Positions 46,905-55,166 of a stretch of DNA of 64,000 bases are shown here, piece by piece (the first letter of the stretch is position 1; the number at the start of each line of letters is the position of its first letter). The notes beneath the pieces were generated by a model that made no database searches, was not told the origin of the DNA, and saw nothing but the letters and a program-made list of their open reading frames with translations. The stretch comes from an uncultured Gammaproteobacteria bacterium (GTDB lineage Bacteria > Patescibacteriota > Patescibacteriia > Magasanikbacterales > UBA922). Where the stretch lies: contig CAYSPW010000001.1 of assembly GCA_964433095.1 (NCBI GenBank), positions 4,296 to 68,295 of the forward strand, read 5' to 3'. Position numbers and translations under genes: made by a program.

Positions 46905-47872
46905 TTGCCGCTACAAAAGATTGGTGCAACAGATCTCGGCGCTCGCGCCGAAATCACAGTTGAGAAAATTTCTTGCTCCACTGGCGCCACTGATGTAGAC
47001 GGTCGAAGGATGAGTGTAATCGGTACCAAGGCTCCGGCCAAAGTACTGACAAGTCCTCCGAACTCTTTATTGCCCAAGTTCACGCAAAGTTCAGCGTCCG
47101 AAACAACCACCTCGGACAACCGCAACTGCGGCCGGACTTCACACTGAACAAAGGCTAAGCTTCCGCGTCTGTTTTGTCATGGCCCCGGTCATGTCGGAAC
47201 CTATAGCGGAAATGCTGTCAAGCCGGCCTCACTGTCAAAGGTGAGAAAGGCTTAACCATCAAAATCATGGTAACGAAGATGTCGGCTTTCGGGCTGAGTC
47301 TTCATCCCAAAACATGTCGATTGTCGTGCCGCGATGTCGGACGCTCGAACTCTTAGAAGTTCGCAAACCTCCCCGACAGACTAAGCCTCCCAGCGAGGTT
47401 GACGGTACGATCGGCAAAAAAGGGACGACTTACTTGTTTGATGGACAGCAAGAGTTCAAACGGGTTTGCGCACGCTCATCTGCACAAAAGGATGAATGCG
47501 TGTTGACTTCCGTGTCAGGGCCGAAAAACCTTGGAACGGATAACCAAATCCCAGAGCCAAATGTGTGTTCGTCGCGATTATCAGCGGTCCGGTCGAAAGA
47601 TTGGGCCACAGACTCGCGCAGTTCACACCAGCTCGTGGAATAGCGCCCAGTTGAAATACACAAAGCGCCGACCACAAGCAATTGTTACAAGCGTGGTAAC
47701 GATCTCTTCGGAGAATGTTACCGGCCCCAATCCGCTTTGCGGTACGGCTAAGCTTGCTGGCGGTCCTCGGATCGTCCAGATATATTGTCGCGCCGGTGTT
47801 CAAACACAGGTAGGCAATATTGTTTGCAAGGCTCAAAAAAGAGGATAGAACACGCTCATCCTTCTTTTTTTT
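46905..47872 (+). ncRNA. Large (about 960 nt) highly structured non-coding RNA, family unassigned
   Basis: No credible ORF, visibly more GC-rich than the flanks, nearly continuous hairpins. Tetraloops: UUCG (47288, 47707), CUCG (46942, 47766), GAAA (47595). G-U pairs are valid only on the + strand. Long-range helix 47005-47017/47852-47864. Upstream promoter and terminal U-tract. Confidence 0.8.
47835..47872 (+). terminator. Weak terminator hairpin and U-tract ending the large RNA
   Basis: AAAAAAGAGGAT...ATCCTTCTTTTTTTT. Confidence 0.55.
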
Positions 47873-47886
47873 ACGACAAATCATTA

Positions 47887-47915
47887 TTGACGGTCCGATC
47901 GGAATTCGTTATCAT
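47887..47915 (+). promoter_or_regulatory. sigma70 promoter of the second small RNA
   Basis: TTGACG(47887-47892)-17 bp-TATCAT(47910-47915). Confidence 0.7.
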
Positions 47916-47921
47916 ATTTGC

Positions 47922-48095
47922 TATGGATACTATGCCGACTGCCAGCCAGTCGCGGGGAACCAACTTTCTTTCTTCGTCCAAACTCGGAAAAACCAACATC
48001 GGTTTTTTGTTCATACAAAAAACCCACACCAATATAAAGTGAGTGGGGCGACAAAAAGAAAAAAGAAGGAGGCCCAAGCATAGTATCCTTTTTTT
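47922..48095 (+). ncRNA. About 170-nt rod-shaped RNA, 6S (SsrS)-like candidate
   Basis: Perfect 11-bp terminal stem GGATACTATGC(47925-47935)/GCATAGTATCC(48078-48088) followed by T7. Apical 10-bp hairpin 48001-48024, with a large A/C-rich internal bubble beneath it. Confidence 0.55.
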
Positions 48096-48105
48096 ATTTT
48101 TCCGA

Positions 48106-49455
48106 CTAAATCTCAACCGTTTCGCCATACTCAGGTACAAACGCCTGAATATGCGTATCTTGCTTGATTTTATGAGCCAGCTCAGTTACCGCGTTCGGTT
48201 CACCATGAACGCAATAAACTTTTTGCGGCAGACCGGGACCGCTCGCGATCCAATCCAGCATTTTCATTTGATCACCGTGAGCCGACAAGGCACCGATAGC
48301 CCGCACCGTGCAATTTACTTCTACGGTTTCGCCGAATATTTCCACCTTTTCCGCGCCTTCATAAAGCCGGCGTCCCAGAGTGCCGCTCGCTTGGTAGCCG
48401 ACGATGATTAAAGTGGATCTCGGATCGGGCAGATAACGGATGGCATGATGCAATATGCGTCCGCCATTCATCATGCCGGCGCCCGCTATTACAATTTTCG
48501 GTCCTTTAATATTGTTAATCTTTTTGGATTCTTCCACCGTAGCGGTCATTTTTAAATTGGGAAAATCAAAAAAGTCATCCCCGGCATCATGCAAGCACAG
48601 GGCGTCTCTGTCATAATAGCCGGGATATTTTTTATATACCTTGGTTGCCTCTATTGCCAAAGGACTATCTAAATATATCGGAATCCGCGGCAGAGTTTTG
48701 TCATGTTCGCTCAAAAAATTCAGTTCATAAAGTAATTCTTGCGTACGTTCCAAAGAGAAGGCCGGTATCATGATGGTGCCCCTTCGTTGCACTCCTTCTG
48801 TGATCAAATTCAAAATTATTGATCGACGGGTATCCACGTCTTCATGCAAGCGATCGCCGTAAGTAGACTCGCTCACTACCGCGTCAACTGTGCCTAAATT
48901 CTGCGTCTCTTTTAAAATTGGTACATTTTCATTGCCAATGTCGCCGGAAAATGCCATTAATTTGCCATCAGCCTCCAATTCAATGAAGGCGGAGCCAAAA
49001 ACATGACCGGCGTCTTTCCACACAACTTCTACGCCCGACAATCGCAATGATTGGTTATATTTTACCGGCACGCAATTTTTCACCGCAATTTCAATATCAT
49101 TTTGATCAAATAATATCGGACTTTGGTACCTTCTGTTATTTTCCACCATTATATTATACGCGTCCCGCCAAAACAATCGTGAAAACTCACAGCTGGCTTC
49201 GGTCATATACACTTTCCCTTTGAAGCCTTGCTTGAATAATTTGGGCACGCGCCCGATATGGTCCAAATGCGCGTGTGTAACCAACACAAAATCTAGCTCC
49301 GAAGGGTCGAAAGGGAAAGGTTCGTGATTTCTACCTTCATTGTAATTGGAACCTTGAAACATGCCGCAGTCAACCAAAAAAAGGTTTCTTTTTGTCTGTA
49401 CCAGATGGCATGAGCCGGTTACCTCACGCGCCGCTCCAAAAAAACTGATTTTCAT
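48106..49455 (-). CDS. MBL-fold beta-CASP ribonuclease
   Basis: GAAREVTGS, DCG.FQG, THAHLDH.G, AGH..GS, SGD.G, ESTYGDR.H, GM..GGR, SAHGD, VHGE. Confidence 0.95.
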   Translation of the reverse strand: MKISFFGAAREVTGSCHLVQTKRNLFLVDCGMFQGSNYNEGRNHEPFPFDPSELDFVLVTHAHLDHIGRVPKLFKQGFKGKVYMTEASCEFSRLFWRDAYNIMVENNRRYQSPILFDQNDIEIAVKNCVPVKYNQSLRLSGVEVVWKDAGHVFGSAFIELEADGKLMAFSGDIGNENVPILKETQNLGTVDAVVSESTYGDRLHEDVDTRRSIILNLITEGVQRRGTIMIPAFSLERTQELLYELNFLSEHDKTLPRIPIYLDSPLAIEATKVYKKYPGYYDRDALCLHDAGDDFFDFPNLKMTATVEESKKINNIKGPKIVIAGAGMMNGGRILHHAIRYLPDPRSTLIIVGYQASGTLGRRLYEGAEKVEIFGETVEVNCTVRAIGALSAHGDQMKMLDWIASGPGLPQKVYCVHGEPNAVTELAHKIKQDTHIQAFVPEYGETVEI

Positions 49456-49557
49456 AGTGAAAATATTAAATACTCATTTGCTTCAGTATAGCACAAATTG
49501 AGAGTTAAAGTCTGTGTACAAAACCGCTTGGCTTTGGTATAATTGATCCGTTGCTTT

Positions 49558-50235
49558 ATGCGCAAAAAAATTAAATATATTGAAATACAAGAGCCACCGA
49601 TTGAAGAATTAAAAAAGCAAAAATCCTGCTTAAAAAGGACTTGTTTATCGGGCTGTGGGTGTTTTTTTGTATTAATATTGATTTTTTTGCTGCTTTTAAA
49701 ATTAGGCACCGGCGGCGGCGAACGCCAGCTCAAGCAAATACCGGACTATTTCCCCGCATCAATACCTGTTTATGACTCGGATTCAATAACCAAAATTACT
49801 TTTGTTTCCGGCAAAAACAGAGGAAAAATACTGGAAGCCGCCGCGTTCTTGCCCAAACTGACACTCTCCCCGCTTTTATTGGCTTTGGATCAATACGACA
49901 TTGTGCCAATCAGCGAGCGAAAAATACAAGGAGTCAAAGGATTTACTTGGGATAATTTCGTCAAATTGATGAAAGAACCGATGGTGGATAAAAATGGTAT
50001 GATTGAGATTGAATGGCGCAACCTGGCCGCTCAGCCGGATTTTGTGGCCAAGTATTATGCAACCAAATTGGAAAATTCCGGTTACAGCGTGAATCTGGTG
50101 GTAACAAGCAAAAGCAGACGCGTTTTAAATTTTTCCAAAAACGACCATTCCGGCCGCCTGACCATACACGACGATCCATCAACCGGCGGAACCGACATGG
50201 CGACACTAAATATATCACTACCATTAAACAATTAA
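49558..50235 (+). CDS. Hypothetical single-TM protein
   Basis: Cys-rich juxtamembrane segment (SCLKRTCLSGCGC) plus TM. ATG 49558 follows TGgTATAAT. Confidence 0.75.
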   Translation: MRKKIKYIEIQEPPIEELKKQKSCLKRTCLSGCGCFFVLILIFLLLLKLGTGGGERQLKQIPDYFPASIPVYDSDSITKITFVSGKNRGKILEAAAFLPKLTLSPLLLALDQYDIVPISERKIQGVKGFTWDNFVKLMKEPMVDKNGMIEIEWRNLAAQPDFVAKYYATKLENSGYSVNLVVTSKSRRVLNFSKNDHSGRLTIHDDPSTGGTDMATLNISLPLNN

Positions 50236-50237
50236 CT

Positions 50238-51158
50238 ATGCCTGTTAAAATAATAAAACAAAAAAAATTAACTTGGGTGAATATTGATCATCTGGACCAA
50301 AAAGCGGTTAATTATTTGGACAATAATTTCAACTTTCATCATTTGGATTTTGAAGACATTCGCGGCGAAAGTCAGACACCGAAGATTGACGTTTATAAAA
50401 ACTACTTGTTTATCGTGCTGCAATTTCCGCACTGGCATGCTCGAACCAATACGGTCATCCCGGTGGAAATTGATATTTTCGTGGGCGATAATTTTTTAAT
50501 AACCGTGCAGCATACCAAAACCAAAGAAATAAAAAATTTTTTTTATCGCTGCATGAAAAATAAAAAAGTGAAAGCCGATTGGATGAGTCAAAGCTCGGGC
50601 TATCTGCTTTACCAGCTGATAGAATCGTTATTCAGAAACACGCGGCCGATTCTAGAAAATATCGGCAAAAAAATAAATGAATTGGAGCAGGACATCTTCA
50701 CCAAGGAACAAGAAGCCAAAACCATCAAGCTGCTCGCCACGCACAGAAGAAACGTATTAAACTTCAGGCGCATTCTTGATCCGCAAAGATATTTAATCTC
50801 CAGCCTGACGCATACCAGAAAAAATTTTCTGGATGAAAGCTTGAGTATATACTTTGATGACATAGATGACTATTTAAGCAAGCTGTGGTCAATCGTGGAA
50901 AACTACAAAGATACGGTAAACGGACTGCACGTAACCGTGGAATCGCTAATCAACCAAAGAACCAATAAAGTAATAAGTGCCTTGACCGTAATCTCTGTTT
51001 CGCTGCTGCCGCTAACCTTGCTCTCCGGCATCTATGGAATGAATATATCCAAGCTGCCGTTCAGCCAAAATCCTTTCTGGGTGTGGATGATGTTTTTAGG
51101 CCTTGCTTCCATCATAATGATATTGATAGTGATAATGAGAAAAAAACGTTGGCTGTAG
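50238..51158 (+). CDS. corA: CorA family Mg2+ transporter
   Basis: FH.LD.ED, PK.D.Y, LP.T..SGIYGMN, two C-terminal TMs, KKRWL. Real start at ATG 50238. Confidence 0.95.
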   Translation: MPVKIIKQKKLTWVNIDHLDQKAVNYLDNNFNFHHLDFEDIRGESQTPKIDVYKNYLFIVLQFPHWHARTNTVIPVEIDIFVGDNFLITVQHTKTKEIKNFFYRCMKNKKVKADWMSQSSGYLLYQLIESLFRNTRPILENIGKKINELEQDIFTKEQEAKTIKLLATHRRNVLNFRRILDPQRYLISSLTHTRKNFLDESLSIYFDDIDDYLSKLWSIVENYKDTVNGLHVTVESLINQRTNKVISALTVISVSLLPLTLLSGIYGMNISKLPFSQNPFWVWMMFLGLASIIMILIVIMRKKRWL

Positions 51159-51181
51159 AAAAAATTAAAAAATAAAAAAAC

Positions 51182-52795
51182 ATGATTCGCCGTCTGATTG
51201 GCAACCAAAGCAAAACCATTACCGGCGCGGCCATTATTATTGGCGCCGCTTCTTTTATTAGCCGACTGATGGGCGTAGTGCGTGATCGTATTTTCGCCCA
51301 CCAATTCGGAGCCGGCGAATTGCTTGATACCTACTATGCCGCCTTTAGAGTACCTGATTTGGTATATAATCTGCTCATTATCGGCGCCCTTTCGGCCGGC
51401 TTTATCCCGGTTTTTACCAAAGTCTATCTTAAAGATAAAAAACAAGCCTGGGAACTGACCGCAAACATCATTAATATTTTAGGCTTAGCCCTAGTGGTGA
51501 TCTGCGGCGTGCTGTTCATCTTCACGCCGCAGATCATGAAAATAATTGTGCCCGGCTTCACTGACAAACAAATGGAGATGACCGTGCTTTTGACCAGGAT
51601 CATGTTTTTAAGTCCACTGCTGCTTGGACTAAGCAGCGTGGTAAGCGGCGTGCTGCAATCACTTAAATCTTTTTTTGTCTATTCTCTGACCCCGATAATG
51701 TACAATTTTGGCATCATATTCGGCGCCTTGGCCTTAGTGCCTTTTTTCGGCATCAGCGGACTGGCCATGGGAGTAGTAATCGGAGCGTTGCTGCATTTGA
51801 TTATACAATTACCTACCTTTTTTCATTATGGCTTCAGGTATAGACCACGGCTTAATCTCAAAGACAAGCGAGTGAAAGAAATAATCCGACTGATGATACC
51901 GCGTACAATGGGACTCGCCGCACATCAAATTAACTGGATAGTCATTACCATGCTGGCGTCCACGCTGGCGGCCGGTTCAATCGCGGTCTTTAACTATGCC
52001 AACAACCTGCAGCATTTTCCGGTGGGTATAATCGGCATATCCTTTGCCTTGGCATCATTTCCGACTCTATCCAAACTCGCCGCCCAAGGCAACATTGATG
52101 TTATGCGCGACCAGATAAGCAACGCGGTCAAACAAATAATATTTTTTATCATTCCGATCTCGGTTCTCTTCATTTTGCTCAGAGCACAGATAGTACGCAT
52201 AATCCTCGGTACCGGACAATTTGACTGGCAAGATACGATTTTGACCATGAATACTTTGGCCTTCTTCGCTCTGTCTTTGTTCGCTCAATGCATTACCCCC
52301 CTGCTGGCGCGCGTCTTCTACGCGTTGCATGATACATGGACGCCTTTTCTGGTCGGTCTGGGCACGGCCGTGGTCAATATATTTTTGAGTCTTTATCTGA
52401 AAGAAATATTGGGGGTAATTGGGCTGGCCTTCGCTTTTTCCATTGCCATGACCGTACAGATGTCCCTACTGTGGGTACTATTGCGAAGCAAGCTGAAAAC
52501 CTTGAACGAGCTTTCATTAATTCAGTCGGCGTATAAAATAAGTGTAGCGGCGATAATCATGGCACTGGTAGTGCAATTATTAAAAGCTCCACTCGCTTCT
52601 GTGGTTGACATGAACCGTTTTTGGGGTATATTAACCCAGGGTTTCATCGCCGGCACGGTCGGAATGCTGGTTTACGCCGGCATTTGTTATTTGCTTAAAC
52701 TGGAAGAAATCAAGCATTTGCTCGGTAGCATGAAGAAAAGGTGGCTGAAAATCAAGCACGTGCAAGGAGAAATCGGAAAGGCGGACGAAATCTAA
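51182..52795 (+). CDS. murJ: Lipid II flippase MurJ
   Basis: SRL.G.VRD...A..FG, D.Y.AAFR.PD, GALSA.FIP, FYA..DT.TP. Confidence 0.96.
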   Translation: MIRRLIGNQSKTITGAAIIIGAASFISRLMGVVRDRIFAHQFGAGELLDTYYAAFRVPDLVYNLLIIGALSAGFIPVFTKVYLKDKKQAWELTANIINILGLALVVICGVLFIFTPQIMKIIVPGFTDKQMEMTVLLTRIMFLSPLLLGLSSVVSGVLQSLKSFFVYSLTPIMYNFGIIFGALALVPFFGISGLAMGVVIGALLHLIIQLPTFFHYGFRYRPRLNLKDKRVKEIIRLMIPRTMGLAAHQINWIVITMLASTLAAGSIAVFNYANNLQHFPVGIIGISFALASFPTLSKLAAQGNIDVMRDQISNAVKQIIFFIIPISVLFILLRAQIVRIILGTGQFDWQDTILTMNTLAFFALSLFAQCITPLLARVFYALHDTWTPFLVGLGTAVVNIFLSLYLKEILGVIGLAFAFSIAMTVQMSLLWVLLRSKLKTLNELSLIQSAYKISVAAIIMALVVQLLKAPLASVVDMNRFWGILTQGFIAGTVGMLVYAGICYLLKLEEIKHLLGSMKKRWLKIKHVQGEIGKADEI

Positions 52796-52844
52796 ATAAA
52801 AAAAACATTAACAAATTAAAAAAGTCCCAACAAAAATAAAAAAT

Positions 52845-54626
52845 GTGATTAAAAACTTCTGCATCATCGCACACATAGATCATGGCAAATCCACCTTGGC
52901 GGATCGTTTTTTGGAATTGACCGAAACCGTGGATAAAAGAAAGATGAAAGCGCAGCTGCTGGATCAAATGGAACTGGAGCAAGAAAGAGGAATAACCATC
53001 AAGCTTCAGCCCGTCAGAATGAAATATAAAAATCACACATTAAATCTGATCGACACGCCCGGCCACGTTGACTTCACTTACGAAGTATCACGATCATTGG
53101 CCGCGGTGGAAGGTGTGGTGCTACTGGTTGACGCTACTCAGGGAGTACAGGCGCAAACTATCGGCAATCTTTATTTGGCCATTGAACAAAATTTAACCAT
53201 TATTCCGGTGCTGAATAAAATTGACCTGCCCAATGCGGATATAGAAAAAACAAACGCGGAAATTGTTCATTTACTGGGATGCGAAAAAGAAGAAATACTT
53301 ACTTGTTCTGCCAAAACCGGACAGGGGGTGGAGACTGTTCTTGATAGCGTGGTGAAAGAAATTCCTTCGCCGCGGCCGCACGCGGGCAAAAAAACCAGGG
53401 CTTTGATCTTTGATTCTTTTTACGATGACTACCGCGGCGTAGTGGCATCGGTACGCTTGATAGACGGAGGCTTAAATAAAAAAGAACAAATACTTTTTAT
53501 GAAAAGCAAAGCCAGAGCTGAAATATTGGATCTGGGCAGCTATACTCCGGCCATGCAACCGGAAGCGGAACTGGAAAACGGACAAATCGGATTCGTGGTC
53601 ACCGGTCTTAAAGATCTGGAACAAGTGCGCGTGGGCGATACCATTACTTTGCAAAAAAATCCGGCAGAATCCGCTCTACCGGGCTACAAAGAGGTCAAGC
53701 CGATGGTCTTCGCCGGAATCTTTCCAAAAGAAGGCGATGATTACTCGGCTCTGCGCGACGCCATAGACAGACTCAAGTTAAGCGATTCGGCTTTGTATTA
53801 CGAGCCGGAGCAATCAAAAGCGCTGGGCTTTGGTTTTCGCTGCGGATTTTTAGGCATGCTGCATCTGGATATTTTTCAAGAACGCCTGAAAAGAGAATTC
53901 GGTCTGTACATTATAGCGACGGTGCCGTCGGTAGCTTACCGGATTCAACTAACCAACTCTGATAAGATTACGGTTAAAAGTCCGCAAGACCTGCCTGAGG
54001 TGCAAAAAATTGACTACATTGAGGAACCATTCATGAACGTTGACATCATTACGCCCCAGGAATATATCGGAAACGTAATGAGCCTGACAACCGAAAGAAA
54101 AGGCAAATATTCCAATACCGAATATTTAAGCGCCGGTTCGGATTTGCGTGTATTGCTGCATTTTGAGATGCCGCTGTCTTCGCTGATAACTGATTTTTAT
54201 GATAAACTAAAAACCGTAACCAGCGGTTATGCTTCTTTGAATTATGAATTTAAAAACTACCAAAAAGCGGATGTGGTAAAAATGGATATATTGATCGCCG
54301 ATGAGCCGGTGGAAGCTCTGGCCGGTTTGGTGTGGCGGGACGAAGCCTTTAGGATCGGCAAAAAGATTGTTCAATCTCTGAAAAAAACTCTGCCCAGACA
54401 ACAATTCGTGATAAAAATACAAGCGGCCGTCGGTGGCAAAATAATCGCGGCCGAAAGATTGAGCGCGCTTAGAAAAGATGTGACTGCCAAACTCTATGGC
54501 GGAGACGTATCCAGAAAAAGAAAACTGCTGGAAAAGCAAAAAAAGGGCAAGAAAAAAATGCTCTCCAGAGGCAAAGGAAAAGTGGACATACCGACCGAAG
54601 CGTATCTGGCTATATTAAAACGCTAA
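52845..54626 (+). CDS. lepA: Elongation factor 4 (LepA)
   Basis: AHIDHGKSTLAD, ERGITIK, DTPGHVDF, GFRCGFLG.LH, RKDVTAKLYGGD. GTG start. Confidence 0.98.
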   Translation: MIKNFCIIAHIDHGKSTLADRFLELTETVDKRKMKAQLLDQMELEQERGITIKLQPVRMKYKNHTLNLIDTPGHVDFTYEVSRSLAAVEGVVLLVDATQGVQAQTIGNLYLAIEQNLTIIPVLNKIDLPNADIEKTNAEIVHLLGCEKEEILTCSAKTGQGVETVLDSVVKEIPSPRPHAGKKTRALIFDSFYDDYRGVVASVRLIDGGLNKKEQILFMKSKARAEILDLGSYTPAMQPEAELENGQIGFVVTGLKDLEQVRVGDTITLQKNPAESALPGYKEVKPMVFAGIFPKEGDDYSALRDAIDRLKLSDSALYYEPEQSKALGFGFRCGFLGMLHLDIFQERLKREFGLYIIATVPSVAYRIQLTNSDKITVKSPQDLPEVQKIDYIEEPFMNVDIITPQEYIGNVMSLTTERKGKYSNTEYLSAGSDLRVLLHFEMPLSSLITDFYDKLKTVTSGYASLNYEFKNYQKADVVKMDILIADEPVEALAGLVWRDEAFRIGKKIVQSLKKTLPRQQFVIKIQAAVGGKIIAAERLSALRKDVTAKLYGGDVSRKRKLLEKQKKGKKKMLSRGKGKVDIPTEAYLAILKR

Positions 54627-54641
54627 TTAAGACAAAAAATT

Positions 54642-54737
54642 ATGAAACAAAAAAAATACAAGCTGATTTGGACCATTATCAGCATATTGGCCGTGCTGGG
54701 AATGATATTTTTTACCATTATGCCCGCTTTTTACTAG
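54642..54737 (+). CDS. 31-aa single-TM small protein (not in the ORF track)
   Basis: MKQKKYKLIWTIISILAVLGMIFFTIMPAFY*; it fills the gap between lepA and the next gene with 15 and 7 bp spacers. Confidence 0.7.
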   Translation: MKQKKYKLIWTIISILAVLGMIFFTIMPAFY

Positions 54738-54744
54738 TAAAAAT

Positions 54745-55164
54745 ATGGACATTAAAAAATTTCTTTCTTCATCCTACCACATTCTCAGCCCGCATCACCA
54801 CTACCAGATGACCGTAATATTTCTATTCGTGTTCGGCTTTTTCCTCATTTTCCCTTTTTTTCGCTTGGTTCAGATATATAATTTGGATATACAAATCTGG
54901 CAGTGGTATTTTTTCTTGCCCTGGGCCGTATTTTATTCCTTCTACTGCCTTTATCAACGCGCCAAAATCAGCCGACCTGAAATGCGGAATCCGCTAAAAA
55001 GACCGATCATTCACTGGACATTACTGGGAATCGCGGTGATTCTGGTGCATTCGCAGCCGGTGGATATCAATAACATTTACGCGTTGGATTTGGGCTTTAC
55101 CATTTTCACGATTTTTTTGGCAGACTCTTATTGGGATTTCAAAAAAATTAATTTGCTTAAGTGA
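54745..55164 (+). CDS. Hypothetical 4-TM membrane protein
   Basis: Hydrophobic ORF tightly packed against recJ. Confidence 0.75.
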   Translation: MDIKKFLSSSYHILSPHHHYQMTVIFLFVFGFFLIFPFFRLVQIYNLDIQIWQWYFFLPWAVFYSFYCLYQRAKISRPEMRNPLKRPIIHWTLLGIAVILVHSQPVDINNIYALDLGFTIFTIFLADSYWDFKKINLLK

Positions 55165-55166
55165 GT

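Noticed and set aside
46905-47872. The large RNA as RNase P RNA, tmRNA, or a group I/II intron
   Set aside because: No GAGGAAAGTCC or matching 3' P4 strand, and no tRNA-like ends with CCA. CAGACTAA (47377) resembles a group I R element but has no downstream TAGTC partner. There is no group II domain V and no interrupted host gene. A covariance search is still needed.
46883-48140. Many short overlapping ORFs (65-142 aa) on both strands
   Set aside because: They have no recognisable motifs, atypical composition and mutual overlaps. The G-U-rich helices and tetraloops are better explained by structured RNA.
50013-50237. N-terminal extension of CorA in the ORF track (similar extensions for rplU, hrcA, rmlB, mraZ and the 373 start)
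   Set aside because: The extensions overlap upstream genes, promoters, leaders or terminators, and family homology begins at downstream ATGs.
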